From Ascidiella aspersa (taxonomy: Eukaryota), in contig OZ004608.1 in the NCBI GenBank assembly GCA_963924565.1, positions 7,936,001-8,000,000 on the forward strand: 64,000 nt of DNA. Direction: 5' to 3'. Position numbers and translations under genes: made by a program. Below are positions 1 through 12,129 of this stretch, piece by piece. The first letter of the stretch is position 1, and every line of letters begins with the position of its first letter. Under the pieces are notes generated by a model that was not told where the DNA came from, made no database searches, and saw only the letters and a program-made list of their open reading frames with translations.

Positions 1-164
1 TAACAGTTTTAAAATTTGATACTGCGCATGCACATGTCGGACTCGTGACTCGGGAAGTTTTACGCGGTCTTACTCGAGTCCCGAGTCCGACTCCGGCAAA
101 ACAAACCGACTCCGTCGAGTCCCGAGTCCCGAGTCCCGAGTCCGACTCCGACTCCGCAGCCCTG
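1..164. mobile_element. End of an hAT-like MITE with subterminal GAGTCC/GACTCC repeats
   Basis: Ends in GCAGCCCTG. Positions 1-90 are the reverse complement of the left part of the copy at 5122-5354. Confidence 0.75.
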
Positions 165-443
165 GTTCTAACATAACCATAGTTTTGAAAATAATTAGGG
201 CATTTAGCCTACTTTTGGTAATAAAACAGTTTGCTTGCTGTTTACTTTATTTCTAGCGGTTGTTATACATTAAATAATGTTTTCAACATAATCAGGTACA
301 TCCACTTTTTTAGTCAATTTCTTTATTTGACTTGGATTTGCCTTGCATGGGGCTTCAACGGCTGGGGCCGTACACTATATTTATTGAAATAACTTATTCA
401 CAACACTGCGTCACGCCGGAGCGTCAATCGTGTTGTGACTTAC

Positions 444-3325
444 TGCAGGAGCTTCGTCGATTGCGGCAGGTCACAGTGTACATGGTGCTGAAACCTATCG
501 AAGCTGACCAGTTCTGCTTCTTGTATCTCTGAGTGGCGCGGTCCAAACACTTGTCGTGGGCTTTGCAGCATCTGAAACGTGACATTATGATAGTATGGGC
601 CTCAGAACAAAAAGCCGAACACAGCACAAATCAGCTCAATATAATTTCGCGCACAAGGCAGTATTGAAAAACTTCGGCTAACGTAATAATACATATAATG
701 AAAAGGGCAAACGTTTTTAATAGCAAATGAGTGTAATTATCTTCGAAAAGTAACTTGAGTAGGTATATATCGGCCCTTCAAAAAGATATTTCATAAAGCT
801 ATTCGTTTATTTTAAAAAATCAAGAAATTGGAAGAGCACAACGCCAACACATTTTACACCGTTTTCTTAAAGCGGCCTTTCATAGAGTCCCGATAATATC
901 ACAAACATGTGTTTTTCCTGTTATATCATAGTTTCCTAATCGTTTTACCTCAAGTCGCACATGCATACCTCGTAACACCTGGTGGCGCACCTGGTAAGCA
1001 AAGTTAGCTCTAATAAGTTCGGTTAAAACGGTAGGCCTATTTCACTTAAAATGCTTGCAAGTTTGTAATTTTTAGGCCTCATAGTTGCCCTTATCATTAA
1101 AAAAACTATGATTTAAGTCGAAAGCGAAAATACAAATGATGACAAAACTTATGTTTTAAATTTTTGAGTATTTTTTCCACTTGCGCGCAGGGCACCTGTT
1201 TAGAAGCACTCTGTTAAGGTTGGTTTACACTATAGACGCGTTTTACGGAAACGGAAAACGTCGACGCCTAAAGAATAAAACACGCTTTGGGTTGTGGAAA
1301 ATTGAAATATTTCAACTCTGACGCTTTTGATTAGGCGCGATGAAATTTGCTATTCACTCTGGCAACGCGTTATGTGTGAACTGGACGATGCTAGCTTTTT
1401 GCGCCAGACGCAAAACGCGTCTAGTGTGAACCAACCTTTGGAGCAGTGGTTCTCAATCGGGATGCCGCGGTACCCTGCGTGCCATTTCTAATGCCCAAGG
1501 GTGCCGAGAGATATATGAGAATCTTTAAAAATATGATTTTTGCTCAACTTTTGCAACTTTTTGTGCAAGATTAGAGCGGAATAAACCATATATAACTTCC
1601 TACGTTGTATAGAGTTGATGTGTGTTGTTCAAGTCCGTTTATTGTGACATTCTAGTAATTTGCCAAAGGAAAAATCTTGTAAGGGCGCCGCAATTCATTT
1701 ATTATTTCTGAGGGGTTCCACAAGCCATAAAATAATGAGAACCAGTGCTTTAGAGACTAAAAGCGCCAAACCGCCACAACAAAGAAAAAAAACTCACTTG
1801 TCGATTTTGTCCGTTGTCCTGCCAGAGCCGCCGAACCCGCACCAGCACCCGTATCTGCCAAACTTTCCCATAACGTAGGCGATGTGGCCGAGCCCGTTGG
1901 TGCTTTTGCCGAGCCAGCAGGCGATGTTGAAGGCCAAGTTGACGACGGCGTTGCTACGCGACGAATCACTCATCGTGACGTCATCACGTTGCAGGTAAGA
2001 TTCAAAGTCGTCGCTGCGAGATCGCTGCATCGAAATCAAGTCGTCTGCCCAATCCTGCCAAGCAAATAGCTGATAAAAACTTAAAATAAAAAGCATATCT
2101 TGCTACACTAAGTAACAGTGTTGCAAACTAAGTAACAGTGTTGCATTTTTTAATGACTTAAGACAAAGTCAGGGCTTTTGTGAAATAACTTCACAGTCAA
2201 GTCATTTAACGCAAGTCAACTTCAAGTCAAATTACTGATATCAGAAAAATACTAAGTTTGAATTGGTAAACTCTTCCGATTTAGAGCAAAGTCAACTAAA
2301 ATACATTATAAAAACAACACGAAGTAATCTGATCGCAACAATTTGGATAAATAACTGAATTTTATAACAAAATGTTAAATGAGACCCTTATATTTCAATC
2401 AAATCCTTTGTCCAAATGATTTAAGTGTACTAAAGTCAAGTCATCGATTTAAGTCATTACAACACTGCTAAAGTAGCCGGCCAGATAAAGACCGAGGCCG
2501 TGAGTTCGAATAGTGCTGAGTTTTTTTTTTCTTTAGGTTTATCAACGACTGTTTTTATTTACCTATGCCATGTTGTATTAAGTGGAAAACTGTCATATTC
2601 CTAGGTTTTATTGAGTCGGTACTGATACATTCAGACAGTGCGACTAAAGTGCTTGCGATAGTTTTAAAATGTACACTTGGTCATATGCGTACAAGATGCG
2701 TGAAAGTTTTTTTTTGCTGTGCGCGTAATAGCACCAACCATGGCGGTGCCCTGGTCTGCAATACGCAGTTATGAAATATATGGCCTTTTGTGGCGTAATT
2801 TCGGTAATCGAGATATTTTTTTAGGGTACACGCCGATTCAAAACCGTTTTTTTGTCTCGTCGTTTGGTTCTGTTTGTTTTAAGTGGTACTTGCCATTAAT
2901 TGGGTCAACGGTTATCAAGTATAAGCAAAACGACATAGAGTAAGTTTTTACATGTTATAGATATGTATTTTTCTATTTTTCTGGAAAACATATAAAATAT
3001 GTTTATGGATCGATAGCCGATGAAAGCAAAATGGAATATTTTTTGAAAACCTAATAACCATTATAATACCACTCGTACAATAATGTCTAATGACAAGCAA
3101 ATACTCCATTACAGTTAAGTCTTTCTTTCAACACTGACCCTTAACTACAACGTAACAAAATACCAAGTATTAAAACAAGTATTGTTAACTTTTGACTTAA
3201 AGATTATTTGAAAAATAAATTAAAGACCAAAATCTTACCGCCATGGAATACGAGTTTTGAGAGTGCTGATTCAGACCGGCCGAGTATGCCACAAGCATAA
3301 ACATGACTAGCACTAAGCGAAACAT
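444..3325 (-). CDS. Secreted phospholipase A2 (group I/II/X-like sPLA2), 3' partial; exons 3325-3239, 2069-1798, 571-444
   Basis: Exon 1 encodes a signal peptide (MFRLVLVMFMLVAYSAG...), followed by a gtaag donor in phase 0. Exon 2 (tttatcag acceptor, gtgag donor, ends in phase 2) contains the Ca2+-loop YGCWCGFGGSG. Exon 3 completes DKCCKAHDKC (His48/Asp49 motif) and ends at a strong A|gtaagt donor at 443. The C-terminal Asp99 helix (CxCD) is not seen, so a further exon probably lies left of position 1. Confidence 0.9.
1217..1437. mobile_element. PIF/Harbinger-like MITE
   Basis: TIRs of about 27 bp (AGGTTGGTTTACACTATAGACGCGTTTT / AAAACGCGTCTAGTGTGAACCAACCT). TTA flanks the left end; the right TTA can be reconstructed from the adjacent hAT TSD. 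Confidence 0.75.
1444..1747. mobile_element. hAT (Buster/Charlie-type) MITE
   Basis: Termini CAGTGGTTCTCA / TGAGAACCAGTG; 8-bp TSD ctttggag/ctttagag (1 mismatch); homologous along its length to 3406-3706. Confidence 0.85.
2136..2467. mobile_element. MITE family with repeated AAGTCA motifs
   Basis: CAGTGTTG / CAACACTG termini and many AAGTCAAGTCA motifs. Related copies at about 9545-9780, 22830-22920, 27520-27872 and 39385-39795. Confidence 0.7.
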
Positions 3326-3405
3326 ATTGTACAGCAAGCAAGGTATACTTAAACAGCGGAAGCTGATAGAAAAACAATTGTTAAATACTGTACCGAAGCT
3401 GAACA

Positions 3406-3706
3406 CAGCGGTTCTCAACCGGGGTGCCGCGGCGCGTGCCATTTCTAATGCTCAAGGATGCCGATAGGTATTTGAGAATCTTTAAGAATCTAATTTTTGC
3501 ATAAATCCTACAAGTTTTTGTGTAAGATTATATTGTAATAAATCCAACTGTGACTTTCTACGTTGTGTAAAATTGTTGTGTGTTGTTCCAGTTCGGTTTA
3601 TTGTGACATTCTACTGATTTACATAGGGAAACATTTTGTAGTGATACCGCAATCGATTAATTATTTCTGAGCAGGGCCGCTAGCCATAAAAGTCTGAGAA
3701 ACACTG
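3406..3706. mobile_element. hAT MITE, second copy of the 1444-1747 family
   Basis: CAGCGGTTCTCA...TGAGAAACACTG termini; shares internal GCGTGCCATTTCTAATGC and TTTATTGTGACATTCTA blocks with 1444-1747. Confidence 0.85.
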
Positions 3707-5121
3707 ACTTAACCCAATTATTTGATCAAGATGCAAGCAATACAGGCTAGAAAAACGATCCAGGACCTCGCTCAACCAAATAAGCTACAGCCGTGGTAGC
3801 AATACTAGTTGCATTCTGTTAGCACAAACAACCTCATATTGAAAAGATCTAGCTTACAGTACCAAATCAAGTCAATGAAAAATACATACGCATAATTTAC
3901 AAACAGTGTGATCTAGATTCTAGCCCTTCTGAAGTGGTTTTGTAACTATTAAATATTTAAATAAACTTCAGAAAATGGTCCGTTTTAATTTAAATCAACA
4001 GTCTTGTTATCTTTTAAAAGTTCCCTAGATAGAGTAAAATATTATTGCTTGCCTAGTTAATAAATTAAATTTACATGGCCAAAAAAATAATTTCCATTTT
4101 CTGTGCTTTACAATACCTTAAAATATCCCTAAAAATGTAACGCTTAGGCTTTGAAACCAAAACTACCAGAAAAAACAGCCACAAGCCTAACATTCTCGCG
4201 CCTATAAACCTTATAAAATATTAGGTGCTGATCAGTTTGAAATTAATAAGCAACTTGCCATTCTCTTCACATATTTTGTTTATATAACCGATCAAGAGAA
4301 CGGCTTTAATATCCTGATGTTGTGCACTGAATCATGCATTTTACTTGATGTATATCAGCATGATTTCAACATACGTGAAAAGCTTGTATAGCAACGGCCG
4401 TACGCCTAGATTAAAAGGTAAAATGCGGATATAATATTTTTGTTTTGGCCTATATACAAATAATATTGTAGATGGCTCATTGGTGTTGTTTTTTACTTTG
4501 GATAAGTAAGACTATTGAAATTGTCTTCCAACGTGGTACATCGCGGCCTTATATTGTAGTTCCGATAAGCACCAAATTAACTCAATATTCTAAAGGAAAA
4601 ACAAAAATCGTAAAAGTTGCAAGCACCTTCTTTCTCCCCTGGGTAAAATACATTAAACTGTTTGTGAAATGTGGCGTAACATAGAGTTAAATAGAGGCAC
4701 GATGCTGCAAGTGTTGTGCCCTACTGTTTAAAAATAGGCTGCAGCTCGTAAGACAAGTTGTACGTAAAAAACTTCAATAGAACCACGTATAACACGTATG
4801 ATATCAAAAAACAGCGGCAAATTTCTAATTACATTGAAGTTTCCGTTATTTGCTTTTAAGTTGCATACGTAATTACATTTTGGGTTGATTGAAATTTTTA
4901 AAGGTCCACCGGTCCGCAAAATTTGTTTTGAAATTTTACCGGTCCGTTATCTAAAATTGCTGACATGAACTACTGTTCTACATTAAAAGTAAGCACGTGT
5001 TTTTGGTCGAATGAGAAACCAACTAAAAGCGAAACTGAAAGTTAACACTTCTAAGTACCGGCTGAAAAGCATCGAAGTATATTTCAAAAAAGATAGGTAA
5101 ACTATAGGTGTCAGTTCTCAG

Positions 5122-5354
5122 CAGGGCTGCTGAGTCGGACTCGAGTAAGGCGAGGTAAAACTACCCGAGTCCGACGTGTGCGCACGCGCAGTACCAAATT
5201 GCGAAACTGATAAGGCAGCAAACTGTAAATTGTTGAGGTCCATGAGACCTATGAGGGGATTGCGGAATATCTATCTTATTTAAGTTATGTAATTGGTGAA
5301 ATGCAGGCTACAGAGTCCGGACTCGGGTTGTTTTTAACCAAGTCCGCAGCCCTG
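5122..5354. mobile_element. hAT-like MITE, same family as 1-164
   Basis: TIRs CAGGGCTGC / GCAGCCCTG with GAGTCGGACTCG subterminal motifs; no clear TSD. Confidence 0.75.
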
Positions 5355-6453
5355 ATTGCCAATACAAAACCGAACATAGAAAAATGTTTGGCACGCAAGT
5401 TGATATTTTCATAAACTGGCACACTGTGTACGAAACCATTGGGTTAGTTGATTAAACGATAAGGATCCTAAACATATCAACCAGCAATAAAAAGTGTAAT
5501 AGGTTTGGGTCTATGGACGACAAAAATATCAACTCTACAAAAGTACAGCTTTTTAGGAACATAAGTAATTCAAAGCAACAAACTTTGCATCCCTAGGTGT
5601 GAACGCGTAAATAAATCGTGACATATTCACACTGTACGGGGGCGTGTTTTTATTGGGTTACCACGGTCTTACTATTTTTTCCAATACAGTTTTACGGCTT
5701 GAGCGAATTTAAATTTTCTCACCACTACAAAAAAGACTAAAAATAGTAGATTATGTAATTTAATTTCTGTTTAGTGAACTCAAAGAGATTATAATCTCTT
5801 TGGTGAACTTTAGTACTCAACTATTAACATGGTTGAATGAGCACGTCATTATCTCTGGCTTTCTGTGGTACGTAACGATCTTCACCATTATGACAGTGCA
5901 GTTGGTCACGCAAAACAAAGTTGTGATAACAGCTGATTTGCTGTTGTTCACTCAAAGGTGAACTTTTTTGTGTAACACTCGCAGTTAGAATGACAATAAA
6001 ATGAATGAATATATGTGTTTCAATCCGATCATTACAATCGTAAGCTCAGCAGTTATTGACATTGCATTACTACGACAGATTTACGTCATTGTCGGCCCAT
6101 TGCGTAACGATGTCGTCATGTTTTGGTTTCAGTTAGTCTTGGGTTAGTTTTGTTTATGTATGCTTTGTTACCGAAATCAAGTTACCTAAGTTAAGATTCC
6201 TCAATTGTAGTTTTAGAAAAAAAAATAATGTCCTAATTTTTGACCTTGTATTACAGGTTTTGTAAAACAAAAAGTGCTTTATATGCTGCAAAAACTTACA
6301 ACAGTGATTTTTACAAAATAACTATCATGGGACTGTAACTAACATAAAGTCACCTACACTCCATCTTACAACACAAAAGTTGAACAACAATAAATTAAAA
6401 CATACTGGGAATAAAAGTTTTGAACCAAGGCTTTCGGCAGCAACCAGTCAAAT

Positions 6454-8150
6454 ATGTCGAAGGCAATTGGTGCTACAGTGCGAGCCGTGAAAGGAAGGCG
6501 ATTTATTCCAACCAAACAAGCACTTGTTTTGGTAAGAACAAGACCCAACTATATAATGTTTTGAATAGCATGATGTTAAAATAGTTGTTTCAGTTCTTGG
6601 CGCTGGTCTGGAATCCTATACCACCTTTTTACAGTAAAAATACAGTTACGAAACCAGCTAAGAGAATAAATTGAATATTACTTGACCCAACGCAAACGCT
6701 ATCGTGCACCCTAACATAAATAATATGTGTTGGTAGGACTCTAGGCCAGCACCGTGTTCTCTAACTAATGTAAGGTTCATTAAGAAGTGCTTTAAATTTT
6801 CTTTGTTTATAGAATTTTAAAAACAGACAATTTTTAAGTTGGGACCGAGTCTTCGAAAAACATTCAATTTTTTATCTATTTTATTTAGTTTTATTGAAAA
6901 ATTTTTCTAATATTTGTATAAACTTTACCTTAAAATGTCATCAGTACCCCTGTCTTTGAATTTTTCCTTTTGTGTCAAAGTATGTGGTCTACCTACTGTT
7001 TGTCCAATGTCCATGCCCTTATTTAGTAAAATATTGCTGTAAACCCTTTATCAATAAATCACAACTGAAACCACACAACAAGAAACCTTTACCTGGCACT
7101 CTTTAGCTTAAATCTTGACACAGTTGCTTGCCTGTATTATGTGGAGGGCATTTTAATTCAATAAAATTTGTTGATGCTTTGTAGACACAAGCTGCTGTCC
7201 AACAAGTTAAAGAATTGATGAAAGATAATAAGGAACATGTAAGTCTTTGTTTGGTGTATTGTTATATTTAATTTGTAAACACTGGTTGTCCAATTTCTAG
7301 TAACATGCTTACAAATACTCAAAGGGAAGAGTTTGTATTTAAAGAAACACACTGTTCTATTTTGCAGAGTGCCTTAAAAGTTGGAGTTAAACAAAGGGGC
7401 TGCAACGGAATGTCGTACACTCTGGAATTTTCAGACACGAAAGCTAAATTTGATGAAGAAGTTGTACAGGATGGTAAGATGCTTTAACTGTTTTATACTT
7501 CTTTGTTTTTACTAAAAAAATTGGAAGAATCCAATTTTAGTTGTTCAAAAACCCTAATTTTCTTTGTTAAAGTTAAGCAAGTGTCTTTTGAGATTTATGT
7601 AGTATTGGGGAACTTACTCTCATTCAGCACTTGTCTGAAGTGAATTGCATAGCAAGCGGCCAAGTGCAAAATCTAAACTCTGCATCTAAAACCTTTAAAT
7701 AATTTTAATGGACCAAGATAACCAGTCTTATCTGTTGCTTTCTGCATAACAACAAAACGTTTGATTTTCATGTAAATCCCAATATCGTGTTACACCACAT
7801 ACTGATAAGGAGTTCTAGTCTCACCAAATTCTAATGTTGCAAGCAAGCATATTTGTTTACATGAAAATCTTTTTTAAAACATAGCTACTTTTCATTAGAC
7901 CTGTGATGATACAATGCTTAGTCAAAGTCAAATCTGATTATATTAGAAAAGATATATATAACTTTATTGATTTTTTATTATGTAAACGATTTTTGTTTCA
8001 GGAGTGAAAATCATCATCGACTCAAAAGCGCAAATGACTCTTCTTGGAACTGAAATGGATTTTGTTGTGGACAAACTTTCAAGCGAATTCGTTTTTAATA
8101 ACCCTAATATCAAAGGCACGTGTGGCTGTGGGGAAAGTTTCAACATTTAG
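6454..8150 (+). CDS. ISCA1: Iron-sulfur cluster assembly 1 homolog (mitochondrial A-type carrier), 128 aa; exons 6454-6531, 7185-7238, 7368-7473, 8002-8150
   Basis: The spliced product is MSKAIGATVRAVKGRRFIPTKQALVL-TQAAVQQVKELMKDNKEH-SALKVGVKQRGCNGMSYTLEF...-GVKIIIDSKAQMTLLGTEMDFVVDKLSSEFVFNNPNIKGTCGCGESFNI*. It has the GCNG and CGCGESF signatures and a basic N-terminal targeting peptide. All introns are GT-AG and the exons sum to 387 nt. Confidence 0.97.
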
Positions 8151-9141
8151 CCAAGTCACCCCTATTTATTTCGTTTTCTTTATAACAGCTTGTATATTTA
8201 TTTCATTATTTCAGCTTTAAGTTGTTGTTTGACGTCCTAACATAAAACTGTGTTTAGATGTTTTTACATCACAAACCTCTAAAATGCATTTGCTCAGAAC
8301 CAGAAGTTCATATTTAATTACGCTATTTATTGTGAACACAATGTTATCACACGCGTCATGATATACTATAACTTGGTCAGTGGTCACACTTGTGTAGGAA
8401 CTTAAAAAAATTGCATTTTTAATGTTGCCTGAGCTGTTCGAAATGTTTTCTATGCCTTGGGCAGCATTTGAGCTCTTGCACATTTCGCAAACTTGTTTTC
8501 TATAGACGTGTTTATCTTGCAAATTGCCCACATAAAAATATCCTCAATTTGTCTTGTATGTACTTCTTGCAGGAACTTACTTGGTCACTGTGCACTTGCC
8601 AGTAAAGTTATATAGATGTTGCGTTTGGTTACACGAATACATAATAAAAGTTGTACAACCATTTACCGATCGCTACGTTACAAGAAATTTGTTTTCGGTC
8701 GATTCCATACGCAAATAAAAATATACGAATGTAATCTTAGGCTAATTACAACAAAGTGATTGTGGACCAAAGCAGTTGCGCGCGACATTGTTTGGTAAAG
8801 TCTGTTAATTAAATTTAATATTATCACCACTTAAACCATTTTTCCTTAGGCTAAGCGAGAGCGAGGTTTTGGGGTTATAGGCTACCGGTAGTTTTCTTAA
8901 ATTGGTTAATAGTTGCATAACTTGAACAGAACTCAGCTTGAAGAAATAAGAATAACTTCAACCAGTACTAATTCCGCCAGAGTAAGACATAGATAACTAA
9001 AACCTATACAACATTGCGAGTAACAATTTTATTATCTTTTAATAGTCAGCCAGAAATCTTAGGATACTTCAATTTGTCTCCAGCGTTATCAACAACATTG
9101 TGAAAATGCCAACCTACTTCAGCTTATCAGTGCCCCTAATG

Positions 9142-9450
9142 CAGTGTTTCTTACCCTGTTTTACTTGGGGGCGCACCTAGAGACGTATAAAAACGTGGCG
9201 GCGCACCTTGCGAGCGAAGCGAGCGCGAAATTTTTGAGGTGTACCGATATTTCTCCTAAATTGTCTGCTTTTTTTATTATATGGTTTTTATAGTTGCATA
9301 TCTACAAAGGGACTTCCAGCCTTTGAGACTAAAAACGTTATTTTGTACATTAAAGTCTTAATCCGATTAATTTTGGACTTTATTTCAACATGTTTTTCCT
9401 TTCGTTCGCGGCGCACCAGTGCGCCGCGGCGCACCGGTTGAGAAACGCTG
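9142..9450. mobile_element. hAT (Buster/Charlie-type) MITE
   Basis: CAGTGTTTCT / AGAAACGCTG termini; perfect 8-bp TSD ccctaatg; internal GGCGCACC repeats. Confidence 0.9.
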
Positions 9451-11313
9451 CCCTAATGTTTGGTCTTGTCATTATAGAGTTTATTAACATGCGTTTTTCT
9501 GGTGTATAGCCCGCCGTGGACCTACATTTCAATATGATTTGCTCAGTCGACTTGACTGAAGCCGCGCTTTTCAAATGACTAATGTTGATTATCTTAAGTT
9601 TTGCTAAATTGCTATACGATGCGTTTTAGTTGGGTTTCTGCTCTAATCAGACAACTTTACAAATTTAAACAGCTAAACGTTTACCCTTTCTTTTACGACA
9701 ATGACTTGAACAGAAATTAACATGCTTTAATTATAACTTGACTGGGCGTATGTCATTTCAAAATGACTTTTGCAACAATGCCTTTTATATCATTCAGGCT
9801 TCCAAGTTAATTCCAGGGGTGAATAAGCCGGCCCGGAACGGGGTTCGGTAAAACATCGTATCGATAAAAAATGTTTTATTTTACCAGGCTAGGTCTCTCG
9901 TAATCTCCTTGATTATTTTTAAAACTATTTTGTCAGTTGCATATATCTGCACTATACATCTAGCGATAACCTGAGCAGGCTTAAGACGTAATTTTGTTAA
10001 TATGATGTAACCAACTTTGTTACGTCATCTTTAAAATTTTCAATGCGTTTCGGCAAGAAAATGAATTCTACTTTTACTTCCGGTTAATTTCAAACTGGAT
10101 CACCATACCCGGTTGTCCAAGGTGTTTGACGCACTTGTTTGGCTGTCTCTTGGCTGACTTCTAGTGGTTTTCTTAAAAGAATCCAGTGTTTTTTATAACC
10201 TTGAAATCGCGTAACATACTTAATAACAAGTCGTTATACTGATTACTGTCAGTGTCAGGCAGCAGCTTTATCTGGAAATTCGTACAGCACTTAGCCGCCG
10301 CTGGCCAATCAAAGAGGCACCCCTCGGGTCACTTATCCAAGGCCCGAACCTAATCTTAGCGCTGAACTAGACCCCGAAATATCATAGTACCAAAGACAAC
10401 ATCAAGCAAAATACGCAGTAAAATAACACCTGAACTGCAGGGAGGGGTATGGGTCGATCGGGAGCCTTCGGTCTGGCATCGGCCGTTTTGGTGTCAACTT
10501 TTGGGCGTCCTAGTTTGAACGGCGCGGTTCGGGCATCGGATTTAGGGCCTTTTGTGGTTATTAGTGGGGAATGGGTGGGGTTATTGATGTATTTAGGGGT
10601 GGGTGTTGGGGGTTAGGTAAAGTGTTGTATAGGCTTCATTCTGGCCATTTAGGTTTTTCCGTCGGGTTTAGGACTGTGTTGTATACCGACGTTGATGTTA
10701 GTCTTATTTCGGTCTTGTGGCTGGAGTAGCCTAGCTACGTGGACTTTTTCCATGTTGCGATTATAATGTGTACATTTGGCAAATAACGCCTTTATTAAAG
10801 CAATTATGACACGCAAATATAAAAATAATCTATTTTTACGTTTCGACATAAAAATAGCCATTTGTCGTCGCGATAACAATCTAGTGCCTTTTTTCCTGCT
10901 CTAGTATATATTTTTAATTTTGAAAGTGGTAGCCCTGGTTATCTCATTTACTTTTATTACTGGTTGTACCACCTAATGTAAATTTGCTTGAAGCCGTGTG
11001 TTACAGGCGGTGAAGCTAAACACGTTGGTGGCAATTTGTTGTACCACCCCAGATATAGGCTTTTCAGCGTAATAAAAACAAAGATTTTATTTTAATGTCA
11101 ACTTACCAGAACATGTAGTAATCCAATCTAGTTTACTTAATATATTTATATATAATTGTTTTTCATCATTATTATGTAAGGAAATATATTTTTTTACAAG
11201 TAAATTTGTTTTTGTCGAATACACGAACTGGAGAGTCTTGATGCCTTACCATAGTGGAGTCGAAATCAAACTAACTGTAACAAAACGCAGTGCTAAGCTA
11301 AAAACTATATTTC

Positions 11314-11732
11314 AGGGAGTCGAACCTTCGGGATAAAGGATATTTTCGAAATGTTGTTCAGCTCCGGTTCAAAAAGTTCCGGTTCGCATACAATATAAGT
11401 TGCTTTAAATCTAAAAATGCGGTAAATCTTTGAATTGTAAGTTATTATTTAATCTAAGTTACGTGAGGTGTTTAAAAAAGCAACTCATTAGTGAAATATC
11501 TGAAAAATAAAAAATCGACGTTTTATTAAATAAATAATATTCATATATTTTTTTCATAAAATATTGAACGCTGAAGTGAACCGCTTTGGTTTACAGGATC
11601 AGGTTCTTTCAAATTATTCGTTTCAGTTCCGGTTGGGCGCCTTAAAATCTTACAAAAAACGGTTCAGGTTCGATTACGGTTCGGAAAAAACTCGACCCAA
11701 AACCGGTTCATTAAGTTGCGGTTCGACTCCCT
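11314..11732. mobile_element. MITE with 13-bp TIR and internal CGGTTC repeats
   Basis: Perfect inverted repeat AGGGAGTCGAACC / GGTTCGACTCCCT; multiple CGGTTC subterminal motifs. Confidence 0.75.
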
Positions 11733-11786
11733 TGTTTTGCCGTGTATTTAAAGGTTCTTCTTCCATCTGTATCTAGTGCTTTTTAT

Positions 11787-11980
11787 ATATTTAGTAGCCA
11801 CTGTTCAGCAATAGTTGCTTTACACTACTATATTGGAGCAGTTCTTGTATATTTAGTATTGTTGAGCAACTAGTTGCTTTACTGTTACACCACTATATTG
11901 GAACCAGTTCCTGAATATTTAGTATTGTTTAGCAACTATAGTTGCTTTAAAACAATTATATTGGAACCAGTTCCTGTATA
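11787..11980. repeat. Degenerate tandem repeat, 3 x about 62-66 bp
   Basis: The unit ATATTTAGTA...AGCAA..TAGTTGCTTTA...TATATTGGA..CAGTTC is repeated three times. Confidence 0.85.
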
Positions 11981-12129
11981 ACACTTTGCATTTTTTTACT
12001 CCAATAATATCACAAACTACAATGGGTACTGGACCCCAAGCAGGGTTTGCACTTTAACTATGGTCGCTTAATACAACACACACTAAACACAGCAATCACA
12101 TTGCAGAAAAAATGACTCGTTTTACAGTC

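Noticed and set aside
424-443. PLA2 ending at the in-frame TGA at 424
   Set aside because: A consensus gtaagt donor at 443 precedes it, and the protein would lack the Asp99 helix.
11787-11980. CRISPR-like array
   Set aside because: The whole unit is repeated with no unique spacers, the context is eukaryotic and there are no cas genes.
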